From the NCBI GenBank assembly GCA_964489135.1, contig CAZAXK010000002.1, positions 25,692 to 89,691 on the forward strand: 64,000 nucleotides of DNA. Direction: 5' to 3'. The DNA is from an uncultured Candidatus Saccharibacteria bacterium (GTDB lineage: Bacteria; Patescibacteriota; Minisyncoccia; Phycocordibacterales; WO2-35-19). The position numbers and the translations under genes are program-made. The notes under the pieces were generated by a model. The model had not been told where the DNA came from and did no database searches. It saw nothing but the letters and a program-made list of their open reading frames with translations. This document shows, piece after piece, positions 46,543-56,495 of the stretch. Each line of letters starts with the position of its first letter. The stretch's first letter is position 1.

Positions 46543-49353
46543 TTATCTTAAATTTTGCTTCATCCTAAACGCACCCAATCTTTTGATGAATTTTTCCATT
46601 GTTTCGCCATTGCTATAGGGTCTCAGATCAACGTGGCTGTCAGAATTGGATAATATTTCGGTCTTGAGCTTGTTTATACCCTCTATCAAGTTTCGATGTT
46701 TAGTCGATTTGGATAGAATGTCCACCAAATTCTTTTCCAAGTTTGGATTCTTGGGGGATTCATAATATTGTAGCACTTTATCTGCTGGTAAATTGGCGAC
46801 CTGTTTCCATTCTGGAGTATCGACTCCAGCAATTTTTCTTAGACCAAAGCTCCCCCTCTTGCCATAGACAACATCGATGGATTGTTTGAACCCTTCTTGG
46901 AGCTGACTCTCAAATTCTGCCGAGTTCAAGGAAACTGCTTTGACTTCTGGACCAGAGATGGGCGTGTGTGGCTCACCCCCAAGATCCGGCCTTGGAGTCA
47001 TGAGCTTAAACAAGCGGGAATTGATTTCCCCCTGCTTTAAAACCAAGGAGTTTATTTCTTCGGTTATTTTTGTCGCTTTTTGTATTTCTTCAATGGTAAG
47101 TTGACGATCCTGATCCATTATCGAAGATCTTTCAGATCGCAACTCACTCAATTTCTTGTCGAGGTCAGTAAGTAAATTAGTTAGCTCCGTTGTCGTATAA
47201 GTTTTGCCTTCTACAAGGTCGGCCCCCATACCAGAATATTTAAAGTTCTGTGCTTGTTTCAAAATCGCATCGTCCTGTTTTGTAAGCTCAAGATCCGCTT
47301 TCACCTCTTCTATTTTTTTATCTTTTTCCAGAAGTCGCTTGGTCAAAACGCTCAGCTGATCTTCCACATCCTCTATCTCGTTTTTGAGATAGTTCGCCGA
47401 TTCTTCATAATCAATCGTTCCTTCCGAATGAGTCTCGAGTTCACCACGCGCCACTTCAAGCTTCTTCAGCTCTTCAGCAAGTTTGGCGACCTCCTCCGGA
47501 AACTTGGCCTTGAGGACAGAGCTCCCGAGCTTATAATCAAGCTCACCGAGCTTTTCGTTGATATCGATATCAGGAGCGCTATCGCTAGTATCGGGCACGG
47601 TAGGTGCTTCGGTCTTGCCACGCAAAATTTCTGCGACTCTTTCTGCCGTCAAGGGTTTACCGGCATTTTGCGGATCGCTCACCCACTCTGCAACCTTGCC
47701 ATTGATTTCGGTGATATTTTGCATTTGGGATTTGGAAAGAGCTTCGGCTTTATCGAGGATATCTTCCACCTTGGCCTTGTCCGCAAAGATTTTGCTAAAG
47801 TCGAGCTCATCCCCTATCTTGATCGATCCTCCTTGCCCCAAACCGATCGCCTCGCCTTGTCTCAACGCTTCGTTGGTCAAATTACTTATGACAAAGGTTT
47901 TCTTGGCCATTACCTCGTCCGCACTTCCACTGAGGTTCTTGAACTTCTCATTGTTCTCCATTATGTCCTTCAGGATATTCCAGGTTGAGCTACCATTCGC
48001 CACTTCTACCTTTACCACTTCCGGGTCAGCAAATAGCCCCTCGGCAACCTTGGCAGTCTCGGCCGTCTCTGGTACTTCGGCTTCAGGAGAGGCTGGGGGT
48101 TCAGCTGGAGTTGGAGCTTCTGGCTGTTCTGGTGCTGGTATCTCAGAGGAAGGTGTTATTTCAGGCTTATTTTTATCAAAAATTTCATTGGCCATCTCCG
48201 TAACCTTTCCCGTGCTTGGTGGTGGCGGTATATCCAAAGATTTCGGTAATTTTGGTTTGTCTGGTCCAAGTAGATCATTTATTTTTTCTGTTGTTTGATT
48301 GGAGAGCTTATCAAAAAATCCTTTAGCACCAGCACCAACTGGAGCCGTCGGTGTTGAATCATGAACAACATCTCCCAGACCCGACTCGGCCGTCTTTGCA
48401 CCGGCCATACTCGAACCCGCAAGCATACCGAGTCCAGCGACCGCAAATCCGCTCGCCACCTTGGCTCGTTTAACCCACTTCTGAATACGATCATGTTGCT
48501 GGTCGATGTCTTGCACCGCACGTATCGTTTCCATTTCGTTCAAATCTTGGGTCGCAATCTCTTCCAAGTTCTCTTTTCTCACCGCTTCGTTCTTTTGACC
48601 AAATTTTTCTATAGCCCCTCTTACTGCAGTACCGACTCCGAAGGTTGCCGCCCCTCTTGCCATTCTTGCACCAGCAAATGCTCCGGCCGAGCCAAGTGTA
48701 GTGCCGACAGCTGCGAGTCCCAGTCCATAGCCAGCGACGGTAAGTAGTGCAGTTGTGGCCGGTATACGGTAATACCACTTTATTCCTAAATACCATTTCA
48801 CTGCTTTGTTGGACAAAGCTCGGCCCAACATTTCTTTAGCGCTTACAATTATTTCTAGCTGTTCTTTTTCTTTCTGCGCATTTCGATAAGCTCGATATTC
48901 CGTCGAATATATCTCATTTATTATGTAGAGCTTAACTTTCGAGTCGATCTTTTTCTTTTCTTCCGGACTGAGTGCACCATAGTCGACACCAGCCAATATC
49001 TGCTCGCTTATTTTCCTCTTAACTACCTCCTTGCTTTCTTGGTAGGCGTCGTAACACTGCTTACCAACTCCACGCCTATAAGCTTTTGTCTGATCATCTA
49101 TATCTTTCGAATCTTTGGCTTCGTTGTAGTTATATTCGGCCTCTACGAAATTCTGTCGAGCATTGACCATCGCCTGCCACTCGGGCCCATTGCGCCATTC
49201 GGGAGTAATTTCTTCTTCATTATCCATTTCTTCCTCCTCTTCTTCGACTTCCTCTTCTACTTTCATAGGAAGGTTCTCTCCACGCTTGGTATGAAGAGGT
49301 GCGTTCGGGTTTATAGGATCTTTGTCCATTTCAGTCAAATTATACCTTGCCAT
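46543..49353 (-). CDS. large hypothetical coiled-coil protein with two Gly/Ala-rich hydrophobic hairpins, a poly-Glu N-terminus and a Pro/Glu-rich linker
   Basis: 936 aa. VEEEVEEEEEEMDNEEE. Hydrophobic segments TALLTVAGYGLGLAAVGTTLGSAGAFAGA and ASGFAVAGLGMLAGSSMAGA. EIPAPEQPEAPTPAEPPASPEAEVPE. Confidence 0.5.
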   Translation of the reverse strand: MARYNLTEMDKDPINPNAPLHTKRGENLPMKVEEEVEEEEEEMDNEEEITPEWRNGPEWQAMVNARQNFVEAEYNYNEAKDSKDIDDQTKAYRRGVGKQCYDAYQESKEVVKRKISEQILAGVDYGALSPEEKKKIDSKVKLYIINEIYSTEYRAYRNAQKEKEQLEIIVSAKEMLGRALSNKAVKWYLGIKWYYRIPATTALLTVAGYGLGLAAVGTTLGSAGAFAGARMARGAATFGVGTAVRGAIEKFGQKNEAVRKENLEEIATQDLNEMETIRAVQDIDQQHDRIQKWVKRAKVASGFAVAGLGMLAGSSMAGAKTAESGLGDVVHDSTPTAPVGAGAKGFFDKLSNQTTEKINDLLGPDKPKLPKSLDIPPPPSTGKVTEMANEIFDKNKPEITPSSEIPAPEQPEAPTPAEPPASPEAEVPETAETAKVAEGLFADPEVVKVEVANGSSTWNILKDIMENNEKFKNLSGSADEVMAKKTFVISNLTNEALRQGEAIGLGQGGSIKIGDELDFSKIFADKAKVEDILDKAEALSKSQMQNITEINGKVAEWVSDPQNAGKPLTAERVAEILRGKTEAPTVPDTSDSAPDIDINEKLGELDYKLGSSVLKAKFPEEVAKLAEELKKLEVARGELETHSEGTIDYEESANYLKNEIEDVEDQLSVLTKRLLEKDKKIEEVKADLELTKQDDAILKQAQNFKYSGMGADLVEGKTYTTTELTNLLTDLDKKLSELRSERSSIMDQDRQLTIEEIQKATKITEEINSLVLKQGEINSRLFKLMTPRPDLGGEPHTPISGPEVKAVSLNSAEFESQLQEGFKQSIDVVYGKRGSFGLRKIAGVDTPEWKQVANLPADKVLQYYESPKNPNLEKNLVDILSKSTKHRNLIEGINKLKTEILSNSDSHVDLRPYSNGETMEKFIKRLGAFRMKQNLR

Positions 49354-49371
49354 ATTTCAAACCACAACGAT

Positions 49372-49399
49372 TTGACAACTGTTTTCAACTGTGTATAAT
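49372..49399 (+). promoter_or_regulatory. consensus sigma-70 promoter upstream of nusA (TTGACA-N16-TATAAT)
   Basis: -35 at 49372-49377, -10 at 49394-49399. Confidence 0.5.
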
Positions 49400-49426
49400 T
49401 ATGAGCAATACTGAATGAACGAGACG

Positions 49427-49450
49427 TCCGCCTGAAGGCGGATATTTTGT
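49427..49450 (+). promoter_or_regulatory. terminator-like hairpin in the nusA 5' leader (possible attenuator)
   Basis: TCCGCC-tgaa-GGCGGA followed by tATTTTGTTgg, ~55 nt upstream of the nusA ATG. Confidence 0.4.
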
Positions 49451-49505
49451 TGGTTTCGGGTATACTTTAATCACTTTCAACTTTATAAACTTTTAACTAA
49501 TTAAG

Positions 49506-50654
49506 ATGTTTGACCTAAAAGTAATCAATTCGGTTCTCGACCAGCTCGAAGAAGAGCGCGGCATACCGAAAGAAAAGGTGCTCGAAGCGATCGAGATGGC
49601 TCTCGCCACTGCCTACAAGAAAGAATACGGTAAGCGCGGACAAATCATCCGTGCCAAGTTTGATATAAATACCGGTAGCGTCGAGATGGAGCAGATAAAG
49701 GTGGTTGTCGATGAAAACCAAGTCTTTATGGACAAAGATTCATTGACCGAAGCTTTGGAAAAGGCCGAGGAAACCGACGACGAACGCGTGCTCTTCAATC
49801 CCGAGCACCATATCTTGCTTGCTGATGCGAAAAGGATCAAGCGCGACGCCCAGCTCGGTGATGAGATCGTCTTCCCCATCGAATCCAAGGGTGACTACGG
49901 CCGAATCGCTTCCCAAACCGCCAAGCAAGTAATAATCCAAAAAATCCGCGAAGCTGAGAGAGGATCAGTCCTCAAAGAATTCGGTGCTCGCGAAGGCGAT
50001 ATAATCATGGGCTCAGTCCAGCGAATCGAGCGTGGAAATATTTTCATTGATGTTGGCCGAGCAGTGGGCATACTCCCCTACGAAGAGCAGATCCCCGGTG
50101 AAAGATATAGCCAAGGCGAGCGTGTTCGTGCTTACCTCTACCGCGTTGAGGATGGACCAAAGGGTGTAACCTTGCGACTTTCGCGATCTCATCCTCGATT
50201 CCTAGCCAAACTATTTGAAAGCGAAGCGCCAGAGCTCGCAAACGGCACCATCCAGATACAAGCAGTCGCCCGCGAGGCCGGTAGCCGATCCAAAGTAGCT
50301 GTAGCTACGAACGATCCTTATATCGATCCGGTTGGTTCCCTTGTTGGACAGCGCGGAGTCCGTGTCGCAACTGTCACCAGCGAGCTCGGCGGCGAAAAGA
50401 TTGATGTTATTGAGTGGTCAGAGGATCCCAAGACCTTTATCGAGGATGCTCTTTCTCCAGCCAAAATTGCTTCGGTAGAAATCGATGAGGAAAACCGACA
50501 AGCCAAAGTAGTAGTGTCTGAAGACCAGCAATCGCTTGCGATCGGCAAAGGTGGACAAAATGTCCGCTTGGCCGCAAAGCTGACCGGCTGGCGCATCGAC
50601 ATCAGCTCTATTGCTGGTGAAGACCTAGGCAGTGCCGAGGGCGAAGAATCCTAG
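49506..50654 (+). CDS. nusA: transcription termination/antitermination factor NusA
   Basis: 382 aa. N-terminal domain, S1, two KH domains (GKGGQNVRLAAKLTGWRIDI). Confidence 0.9.
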   Translation: MFDLKVINSVLDQLEEERGIPKEKVLEAIEMALATAYKKEYGKRGQIIRAKFDINTGSVEMEQIKVVVDENQVFMDKDSLTEALEKAEETDDERVLFNPEHHILLADAKRIKRDAQLGDEIVFPIESKGDYGRIASQTAKQVIIQKIREAERGSVLKEFGAREGDIIMGSVQRIERGNIFIDVGRAVGILPYEEQIPGERYSQGERVRAYLYRVEDGPKGVTLRLSRSHPRFLAKLFESEAPELANGTIQIQAVAREAGSRSKVAVATNDPYIDPVGSLVGQRGVRVATVTSELGGEKIDVIEWSEDPKTFIEDALSPAKIASVEIDEENRQAKVVVSEDQQSLAIGKGGQNVRLAAKLTGWRIDISSIAGEDLGSAEGEES

Positions 50655-50681
50655 AACTTCCGAAACCAAATATAATACAAC

Positions 50682-50716
50682 AAAAACTCGTAAGCCCCGC
50701 TTGCGAGTTTTTGTTT
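50682..50716 (+). terminator. intrinsic terminator after nusA
   Basis: CTCGTAAGC-ccc-GCTTGCGAG followed by TTTTTGTTTTG. Confidence 0.5.
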
Positions 50717-50779
50717 TGCTTTTTGACCCAAAATTTCCTATACTTTGAGCATTATTTATAATCTATTATCTACAAATTT

Positions 50780-51304
50780 ATGAACTTATGGCATGAAATA
50801 GAACCAGGAACCAAGCAGAAGATGAATGTAATCATCGAAATCAACAAAGGTTCCAAGAACAAGTACGAGGTCGACAAGAAGACAGGGCTCATCGCTCTCG
50901 ATCGAGCCGCCCACACTTCGCAAGATTTTCCTTTCGATTACGGATTTGTGCCCCAGAGTCTTTGGCACGACAACGATCCGCTTGATGTGATAGTGCTTAC
51001 CACCTTCCCCCTATTGCCAGGGGTTATGGTGCGAGCAAGACCAGTCGGAATCATGAACATGATAGACGGTGGCGAAGGAGATGATAAAATAATATCAGTT
51101 CCTTGCGACGACCCACGATGGGACGACGTCAAGGATCTTGCCGATATAAACAAACACACGCTGAAAGAAATCGAGCACTTCTACTCAACTTACAAAAAAC
51201 TCCAAAACAAGGAGGTTGAGGTTACCGGCTTTAAGGGCAAAGAGGACGCCGAGAAAGCTTTCGACGAAGGTTTGGATCTTTATAAGGCCAAATTTACAAA
51301 GTAA
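50780..51304 (+). CDS. ppa: inorganic pyrophosphatase (family I)
   Basis: 174 aa. DPLDVIVL, KYEVDKKTG. Confidence 0.85.
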   Translation: MNLWHEIEPGTKQKMNVIIEINKGSKNKYEVDKKTGLIALDRAAHTSQDFPFDYGFVPQSLWHDNDPLDVIVLTTFPLLPGVMVRARPVGIMNMIDGGEGDDKIISVPCDDPRWDDVKDLADINKHTLKEIEHFYSTYKKLQNKEVEVTGFKGKEDAEKAFDEGLDLYKAKFTK

Positions 51305-51314
51305 TCTCATTATT

Positions 51315-51995
51315 ATGAACAAAAAAAAGTTTTTGGCAGGAAGTCTCGTCGCCTTAGGATTCTTGCCGGTATTCGTTTTCGCCGAGGACGGTGCTAGCAT
51401 CAGCGCTTCAACGAGCGTCAATGTCAAAATTGAGACCCGCAAACAAGAACGAGAAGAAGAGCGCGAGAAACGTCAGGACGAACGCAACACAATCAAGCAA
51501 AACATCGAAGCCAAGAAGGAAGCTTTGCAAGAATCAGTCAAAGCCAGAAAGGAAGTAGTAGAAAAGCAAGTACTCGAAAGACTACAAAAGTTTGTCGACA
51601 CTATTGTTACCCGCTTCGAATCAGCAACACAAAGACTCGATACTCTTGCCTCACGAATCCAGTCCCGCATCGACAAGCTAGCCCAAGCTGACATCGACAC
51701 CACCAACTCCAAGAAAGCTTTGGACGAAGCCAAGATCAAAATCCAATTGGCCAAGGAGGCAGTAGCCAAAATTAAGCCGAAGGCCGATGAGGTTATAGCC
51801 GGCGATGCACGAGCTCTCTACCCAGAACTGAAAGAAGTGGTTAATAATGCCAAGGAGGCCATAAAGGAAGCCCACGCTTCCCTTGTAGAAGTAGTCGAAG
51901 AATTGAAGCCCGGCCAACAGAAGCTCGAGGCGAAAGTAGAGTCGAAAACCAAAGTCGACGCTACGGCCTCGACCACAGAGGACGACAATTCCTAA
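51315..51995 (+). CDS. hypothetical secreted K/E-rich coiled-coil protein
   Basis: Start trimmed to ATG 51315 (MNKKKFLAGSLVALGFLPVFVFA signal peptide). The track ORF overlapped ppa. Confidence 0.45.
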   Translation: MNKKKFLAGSLVALGFLPVFVFAEDGASISASTSVNVKIETRKQEREEEREKRQDERNTIKQNIEAKKEALQESVKARKEVVEKQVLERLQKFVDTIVTRFESATQRLDTLASRIQSRIDKLAQADIDTTNSKKALDEAKIKIQLAKEAVAKIKPKADEVIAGDARALYPELKEVVNNAKEAIKEAHASLVEVVEELKPGQQKLEAKVESKTKVDATASTTEDDNS

Positions 51996-52027
51996 ACATT
52001 TGAAATTAAAAATATAATTAGAAAAAA

Positions 52028-52324
52028 ATGGATAATGTAAACATGAACCAAATGCCTCCGATGGTTGAAGCTCCCAAAAAGAGTCTGACCCCGATGATCT
52101 TGGTAGTTCTTTTGCTCGCCGTTATCATTATCGGCGGTCTATACCTCATCAAGAGCAGGTCTGGCAACACTCCTTATGTCCCAAATCAGAGCGACACAGT
52201 CACCGAATCAATCCAATCACAGGGAAATTCGGATGATCTAAACTCGATCGAGGCCGACCTAAACGCCGAGACCTTCACCAACATCGATCAAGGCGCTTCG
52301 GTCATGGAATCAGAACTACAGTAA
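52028..52324 (+). CDS. small hypothetical single-pass membrane protein
   Basis: 98 aa. Confidence 0.35.
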   Translation: MDNVNMNQMPPMVEAPKKSLTPMILVVLLLAVIIIGGLYLIKSRSGNTPYVPNQSDTVTESIQSQGNSDDLNSIEADLNAETFTNIDQGASVMESELQ

Positions 52325-52344
52325 CCCTTCTTAGGCAATCACCC

Positions 52345-52375
52345 AAAAAGAACCCTTAGCGGGTTCTTTTTGTTT
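52345..52375 (+). terminator. intrinsic terminator
   Basis: AGAACCC-ttagc-GGGTTCT followed by TTTTGTTT. Confidence 0.5.
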
Positions 52376-52417
52376 GGACTTGCACAAAACATTTAATTAG
52401 TTTAGTTTTATAAAAAT

Positions 52418-53479
52418 ATGTATCAATATAAAATAAACAAACTTCCAAAATCAGAAGTAGAGATCGAAGTTTCTATACCGGCCGAGGAGCTGACCAAGGC
52501 TCACGCCAAAGCGCTCAAAAAGTTTTCCGAAACCATAAATATCGATGGGTTCCGCAAGGGCAACGTGCCCGAAAAGATCGTGCTCGAAAAGCTGGGCGAA
52601 AGAGCGGTCTTGGAAGAAGCGAGCGATATACTGCTCTCCGACCATTACCCCAAGATAATCGCTGAAACAAACTTGAAGACCGTGGGCCGACCCGCTATTT
52701 CGATCACCAAACTCGCCCTCGGCAATCCGGTAGAATTTAAAGCCAAGGTTGCAGTCGTGCCAGAATTCGACCTACCCGATTACAAAAAGCTTGCCCAAGA
52801 GGTAAAAGAAAAGAAACCTGCCTCCGACGACGCTACGGCGAGCGAGAAGGAAGTGGGTGATGTGCTCCTACAGATCAGGAAGAACAAAGCTCACCTCGAT
52901 TGGCACAAAGCAAACCCGAACGAGAACGACCATAATCACCCAGATATCGAAAAGGAGGAGAACTTACCAAAACTAGATGACGAGCTTGCAAAACAAGCCG
53001 GCAACTTCAAAAATCTTGCTGAGCTCAAGGCCAAAATTGAGGAGAACATCATCACCGACAAAAAGAATCGCGAAGTAGAAAAGCGACGTGCCGAAATAAT
53101 CGAAGCACTGCTCAAGGCAACCAAGATGGAAGTTCCCGAAATACTGGTGCAGAGTGAGATAGAGAAATCGCTAGCTCAATTCAAGGATGACATAGAGAGA
53201 ATGGGCGGTAAATGGGAGGACTACCTGACTCATGCGAAGAAGAGCGAGGACGATATCAGGAAAGAGATGCGCGACAACAGCGAGAAGCGCGCCAAGATCC
53301 AGCTCGTCTTCGACAAAATCGCCGAGACGGAAAAGCTCGAGCCAAACAAAGAAATTTTTGAGCACGAAGTAAAGCAGATATTGGACTACCACAAAGAAGC
53401 CGATGAAATGAGTGTGCGAATCTACGTCGCCACCACCCTCCTCAACCAAGAGGTGTTGAAACTCTTAGAGAATAATTAA
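52418..53479 (+). CDS. tig: trigger factor lacking the PPIase domain
   Basis: 353 aa. N-terminal ribosome-binding domain with the GFRKGNVP signature. The C-terminal chaperone arm follows directly. No FKBP-like segment. Confidence 0.7.
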   Translation: MYQYKINKLPKSEVEIEVSIPAEELTKAHAKALKKFSETINIDGFRKGNVPEKIVLEKLGERAVLEEASDILLSDHYPKIIAETNLKTVGRPAISITKLALGNPVEFKAKVAVVPEFDLPDYKKLAQEVKEKKPASDDATASEKEVGDVLLQIRKNKAHLDWHKANPNENDHNHPDIEKEENLPKLDDELAKQAGNFKNLAELKAKIEENIITDKKNREVEKRRAEIIEALLKATKMEVPEILVQSEIEKSLAQFKDDIERMGGKWEDYLTHAKKSEDDIRKEMRDNSEKRAKIQLVFDKIAETEKLEPNKEIFEHEVKQILDYHKEADEMSVRIYVATTLLNQEVLKLLENN

Positions 53480-54165
53480 AGAAATTTAGAGAGGGCGACG
53501 ACGGCAGCTGTTTCGGCACGTAACGTTAGTTCGCCCAAAGAAAATATTTCAACCTTTGCTTCTTTGAATTTCTCTATTTCCCTCTCCGACCAGCCACCTT
53601 CGGGACCGATAAATATAGTTGTTAGATTATAGTCCTTAGAGACTAGCTTTCCGTCTATGGGCAAACCAGACCGATCAAACGCTACGGTGAGAATGTTCTT
53701 ATCGAAACCAACGTCCAACAACTCCTGACTATCTTCTATGACAGGGACATCGGCTCTACCGCATTGCTCGCTTGCCTCCACTGCTATCTTGCGAGCGCGT
53801 TCAAGATTGAATCCTTTTTTCTCACTTCTTTCGGAGAGGATCGGTACAATTTTCGACACCCCGAGCTCGGTCGCCTTTTGTACGATCCATTCCATGTTGT
53901 CTTTCTTGATAAGCGCTTGGTAAAGTATGGGCCCACTACTACAATCAATACCCTCTCTTTCTTCTACGATCTCGAGCACCACTTCCCTATTTGCGATTCT
54001 TTCAATAACCGTCCTGTACTCTTTGCCGTCGCCGTTGAAAACCAGGAGCTCAGTGCCGGTGTTGTAGCGAAAGACGTTTCGCCATTGATGCAAAAGGTCT
54101 TCATCGTCGATAACAATTTTCTGCTCAGTAATTGGGGTTTTTATAAAAAATCTGTGCAAACGCAT
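53476..54165 (-). CDS. rsmE: 16S rRNA (uracil1498-N3)-methyltransferase RsmE
   Basis: 229 aa. MRLHRFFI N-terminus, PUA-like plus SPOUT domain. Confidence 0.7.
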   Translation of the reverse strand: MRLHRFFIKTPITEQKIVIDDEDLLHQWRNVFRYNTGTELLVFNGDGKEYRTVIERIANREVVLEIVEEREGIDCSSGPILYQALIKKDNMEWIVQKATELGVSKIVPILSERSEKKGFNLERARKIAVEASEQCGRADVPVIEDSQELLDVGFDKNILTVAFDRSGLPIDGKLVSKDYNLTTIFIGPEGGWSEREIEKFKEAKVEIFSLGELTLRAETAAVVALSKFL

Positions 54166-54188
54166 AAAAATATGTTAGCATTGCGGTC

Positions 54189-54782
54189 ATGAAAAATACA
54201 ATACAAAACTCAATATTGGTCCCAACCGTTATCGAAAAGACTCATCAGGGCGAAAGAGCTTACGACATCTACTCTCGCCTACTCAAAGAGCGCATTATTT
54301 TCCTCAGCGGACAAATTGACGACGTAAACGCAAACACCATAATCGCCCAGCTCCTGTTCCTTCAATCTGAAGACAACAAGAAAGATATTTCTCTTTATAT
54401 AAATTCTCCGGGGGGTTATGTCCACGCCGGGCTCGCCATTCTCGACACCATGAATCATATAAAGCCGGATGTACAAACTATTTGTGTAGGTATGGCCGCT
54501 TCTATGGCCTCTGTTCTCCTCTCGGCCGGCGCCAAAGGCAAGAGGTTTATCCTACCCAACTCAGAAGTGATGATTCACCAACCTCACGGCGGTAGCGAGG
54601 GTCAAGCCACTGATATCGAAATAAGTGCCAAGCACATCTTGAAACAGCGCGACTTGCTAAACAAAATTATAGCCAAGAATACCGGCCAACCTTTGTCCAA
54701 AATCGAGAAGGATGTCGACCGTGACTTCTTCATGGATGCCGACGAAGCCAAGAAATATGGAATAGTCGATAAGATTTTATAA
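54189..54782 (+). CDS. clpP: ATP-dependent Clp protease proteolytic subunit
   Basis: 197 aa. Catalytic Ser within GMAASMAS. His in MIHQP. Confidence 0.9.
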   Translation: MKNTIQNSILVPTVIEKTHQGERAYDIYSRLLKERIIFLSGQIDDVNANTIIAQLLFLQSEDNKKDISLYINSPGGYVHAGLAILDTMNHIKPDVQTICVGMAASMASVLLSAGAKGKRFILPNSEVMIHQPHGGSEGQATDIEISAKHILKQRDLLNKIIAKNTGQPLSKIEKDVDRDFFMDADEAKKYGIVDKIL

Positions 54783-54785
54783 ACA

Positions 54786-54814
54786 TTGATAAAATCCTCT
54801 AACAGAGGTATACT
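54786..54814 (+). promoter_or_regulatory. sigma-70-like promoter for rny (TTGATA-N17-TATACT)
   Basis: -35 at 54786-54791, -10 at 54809-54814. Confidence 0.35.
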
Positions 54815-54965
54815 TTCGACATTAGCATTAAATTCACGCGATTTTGCTTCAGAAAAGGCCTAATTTGAAAGAAAAAGTCCGAAAAACGAAAGATTCCTTA
54901 TGTTTTCCAAAACTTCCAAATACAAGCAAGTAAAGAGCTTCTGGGGTAAAATCGCCCAATAATAT

Positions 54966-56495
54966 ATGTCGTTAAAATTAGCACTACTATTCGCCGCACT
55001 AGCGGCTCTTGTTGGTATCGGCTTCGGATACTTCCTGCGCTGGATAATTTCGCTCGGACAAAGGGGTTCGGTTGAGCTACGCATCAAGCAGATGGAGCTT
55101 CATGCCCGCGAGGAAGCCAAGCGCATAGTCGGAGACGCAGAGAAAAAAGCCGAGGAAACCCTCAACACCGTGAGGGGCGAGCTCAAAGAAAGAGAAGACA
55201 AGGCCCAAAAGACCGAGGATCGACTTATAAAAAAGGAAGAGTTTCTCGACAAAAGACAGCTCGATATCGATAAAGAGATCGAGCAGATCAAGGAAAAGGT
55301 TTCCGAAATAAAGCAGATCAAAGAAAAGGCCGAGAACCTTGAGAAACAGAAGGCCGAAGAGTTGCAGAAAATCGCTCGACTGAGCGCCGATGAAGCCAAA
55401 GAGCTCTTGCTTTCTGACATTCAGAAGAAGCAGGAGGAAGACCTTTTGGTCCGCCTCCAGAAGCTCGAGATACAGGGTGCCGAAAAATTGGAAGAAAAGG
55501 CCAAAAGCATCCTTACCACCTCTATCCACCGCTTTGCGAACTCTGTTTCCTCGGAAGTATTTTCAACCAGTGTCACCATTCCTTCAGATGAAATAAAAGG
55601 CAAGATCATCGGTAAGGAAGGCCGGAACATCAAGGCCTTCGAACGAGCGAGCGGTGTCGAAGTTATCGTTGATGATACACCAGGGGTTATCACCCTTTCT
55701 TCTCATGATCCAGTAAGAAGGCAGGTCGCCAAAGTTGCTCTTGAGAATCTCATCGCCGACGGGCGCATCCAGCCAGCCAAAATCGAGGAGATGGTAGACA
55801 AGGCCAAACAAGAGATCAACAAAATAATGAAAGAGAAGGGCGAACAGGCGGTCTTTGAATGTGGGGTCTTCAACCTCGATCCGCGTATCGTCGGTATCTT
55901 GGGGCGACTGCACTTCCGCACCTCTTATGGCCAAAACGTCCTTCAGCACTCAATCGAGATGTCGCATATTGCTGGCATGATCGCAGCTGAAGTGGGCGCA
56001 AATGTAAACATTGCCAAAGCCGGAGCTCTTTTGCACGATATCGGCAAAGCCGTAGACCACGAAATCCAAGGCACCCATGTAGAAATCGGTAGACGTATCT
56101 TACAAAAATTCGGCGCCGATCCACTCATTGTCAAAGCTATGGAAGCACATCACGGCGAATATCCTTACGAAACACTCGAATCCTTCATCGTCCAAGCAGC
56201 CGACGCCATATCCGGTGCACGTCCAGGGGCCCGCAGAGACAGTGTCGAGAACTATCTGAAACGACTCTCCGAGCTTGAAGGTATAGCCACCTCTTTCAAA
56301 GGTGTCGAGAAGGCCTACGCTCTACAAGCCGGTCGCGAAATTCGCGTCTTTGTAACCCCGGGTGAAGTTAGCGACCTCGAAGCTCGCAACACTGCTCGCG
56401 ACATCGCCGTCCGTATCGAAAACGAACTCAAATACCCAGGCGAAATCCGCGTCATGGTAATCCGCGAATCTAGAACTATCGAATACGCTAGGTAA
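54966..56495 (+). CDS. rny: ribonuclease Y
   Basis: 509 aa. N-terminal TM, coiled coil, KH domain, HD domain (LLHDIGKAVDHE). Confidence 0.9.
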   Translation: MSLKLALLFAALAALVGIGFGYFLRWIISLGQRGSVELRIKQMELHAREEAKRIVGDAEKKAEETLNTVRGELKEREDKAQKTEDRLIKKEEFLDKRQLDIDKEIEQIKEKVSEIKQIKEKAENLEKQKAEELQKIARLSADEAKELLLSDIQKKQEEDLLVRLQKLEIQGAEKLEEKAKSILTTSIHRFANSVSSEVFSTSVTIPSDEIKGKIIGKEGRNIKAFERASGVEVIVDDTPGVITLSSHDPVRRQVAKVALENLIADGRIQPAKIEEMVDKAKQEINKIMKEKGEQAVFECGVFNLDPRIVGILGRLHFRTSYGQNVLQHSIEMSHIAGMIAAEVGANVNIAKAGALLHDIGKAVDHEIQGTHVEIGRRILQKFGADPLIVKAMEAHHGEYPYETLESFIVQAADAISGARPGARRDSVENYLKRLSELEGIATSFKGVEKAYALQAGREIRVFVTPGEVSDLEARNTARDIAVRIENELKYPGEIRVMVIRESRTIEYAR

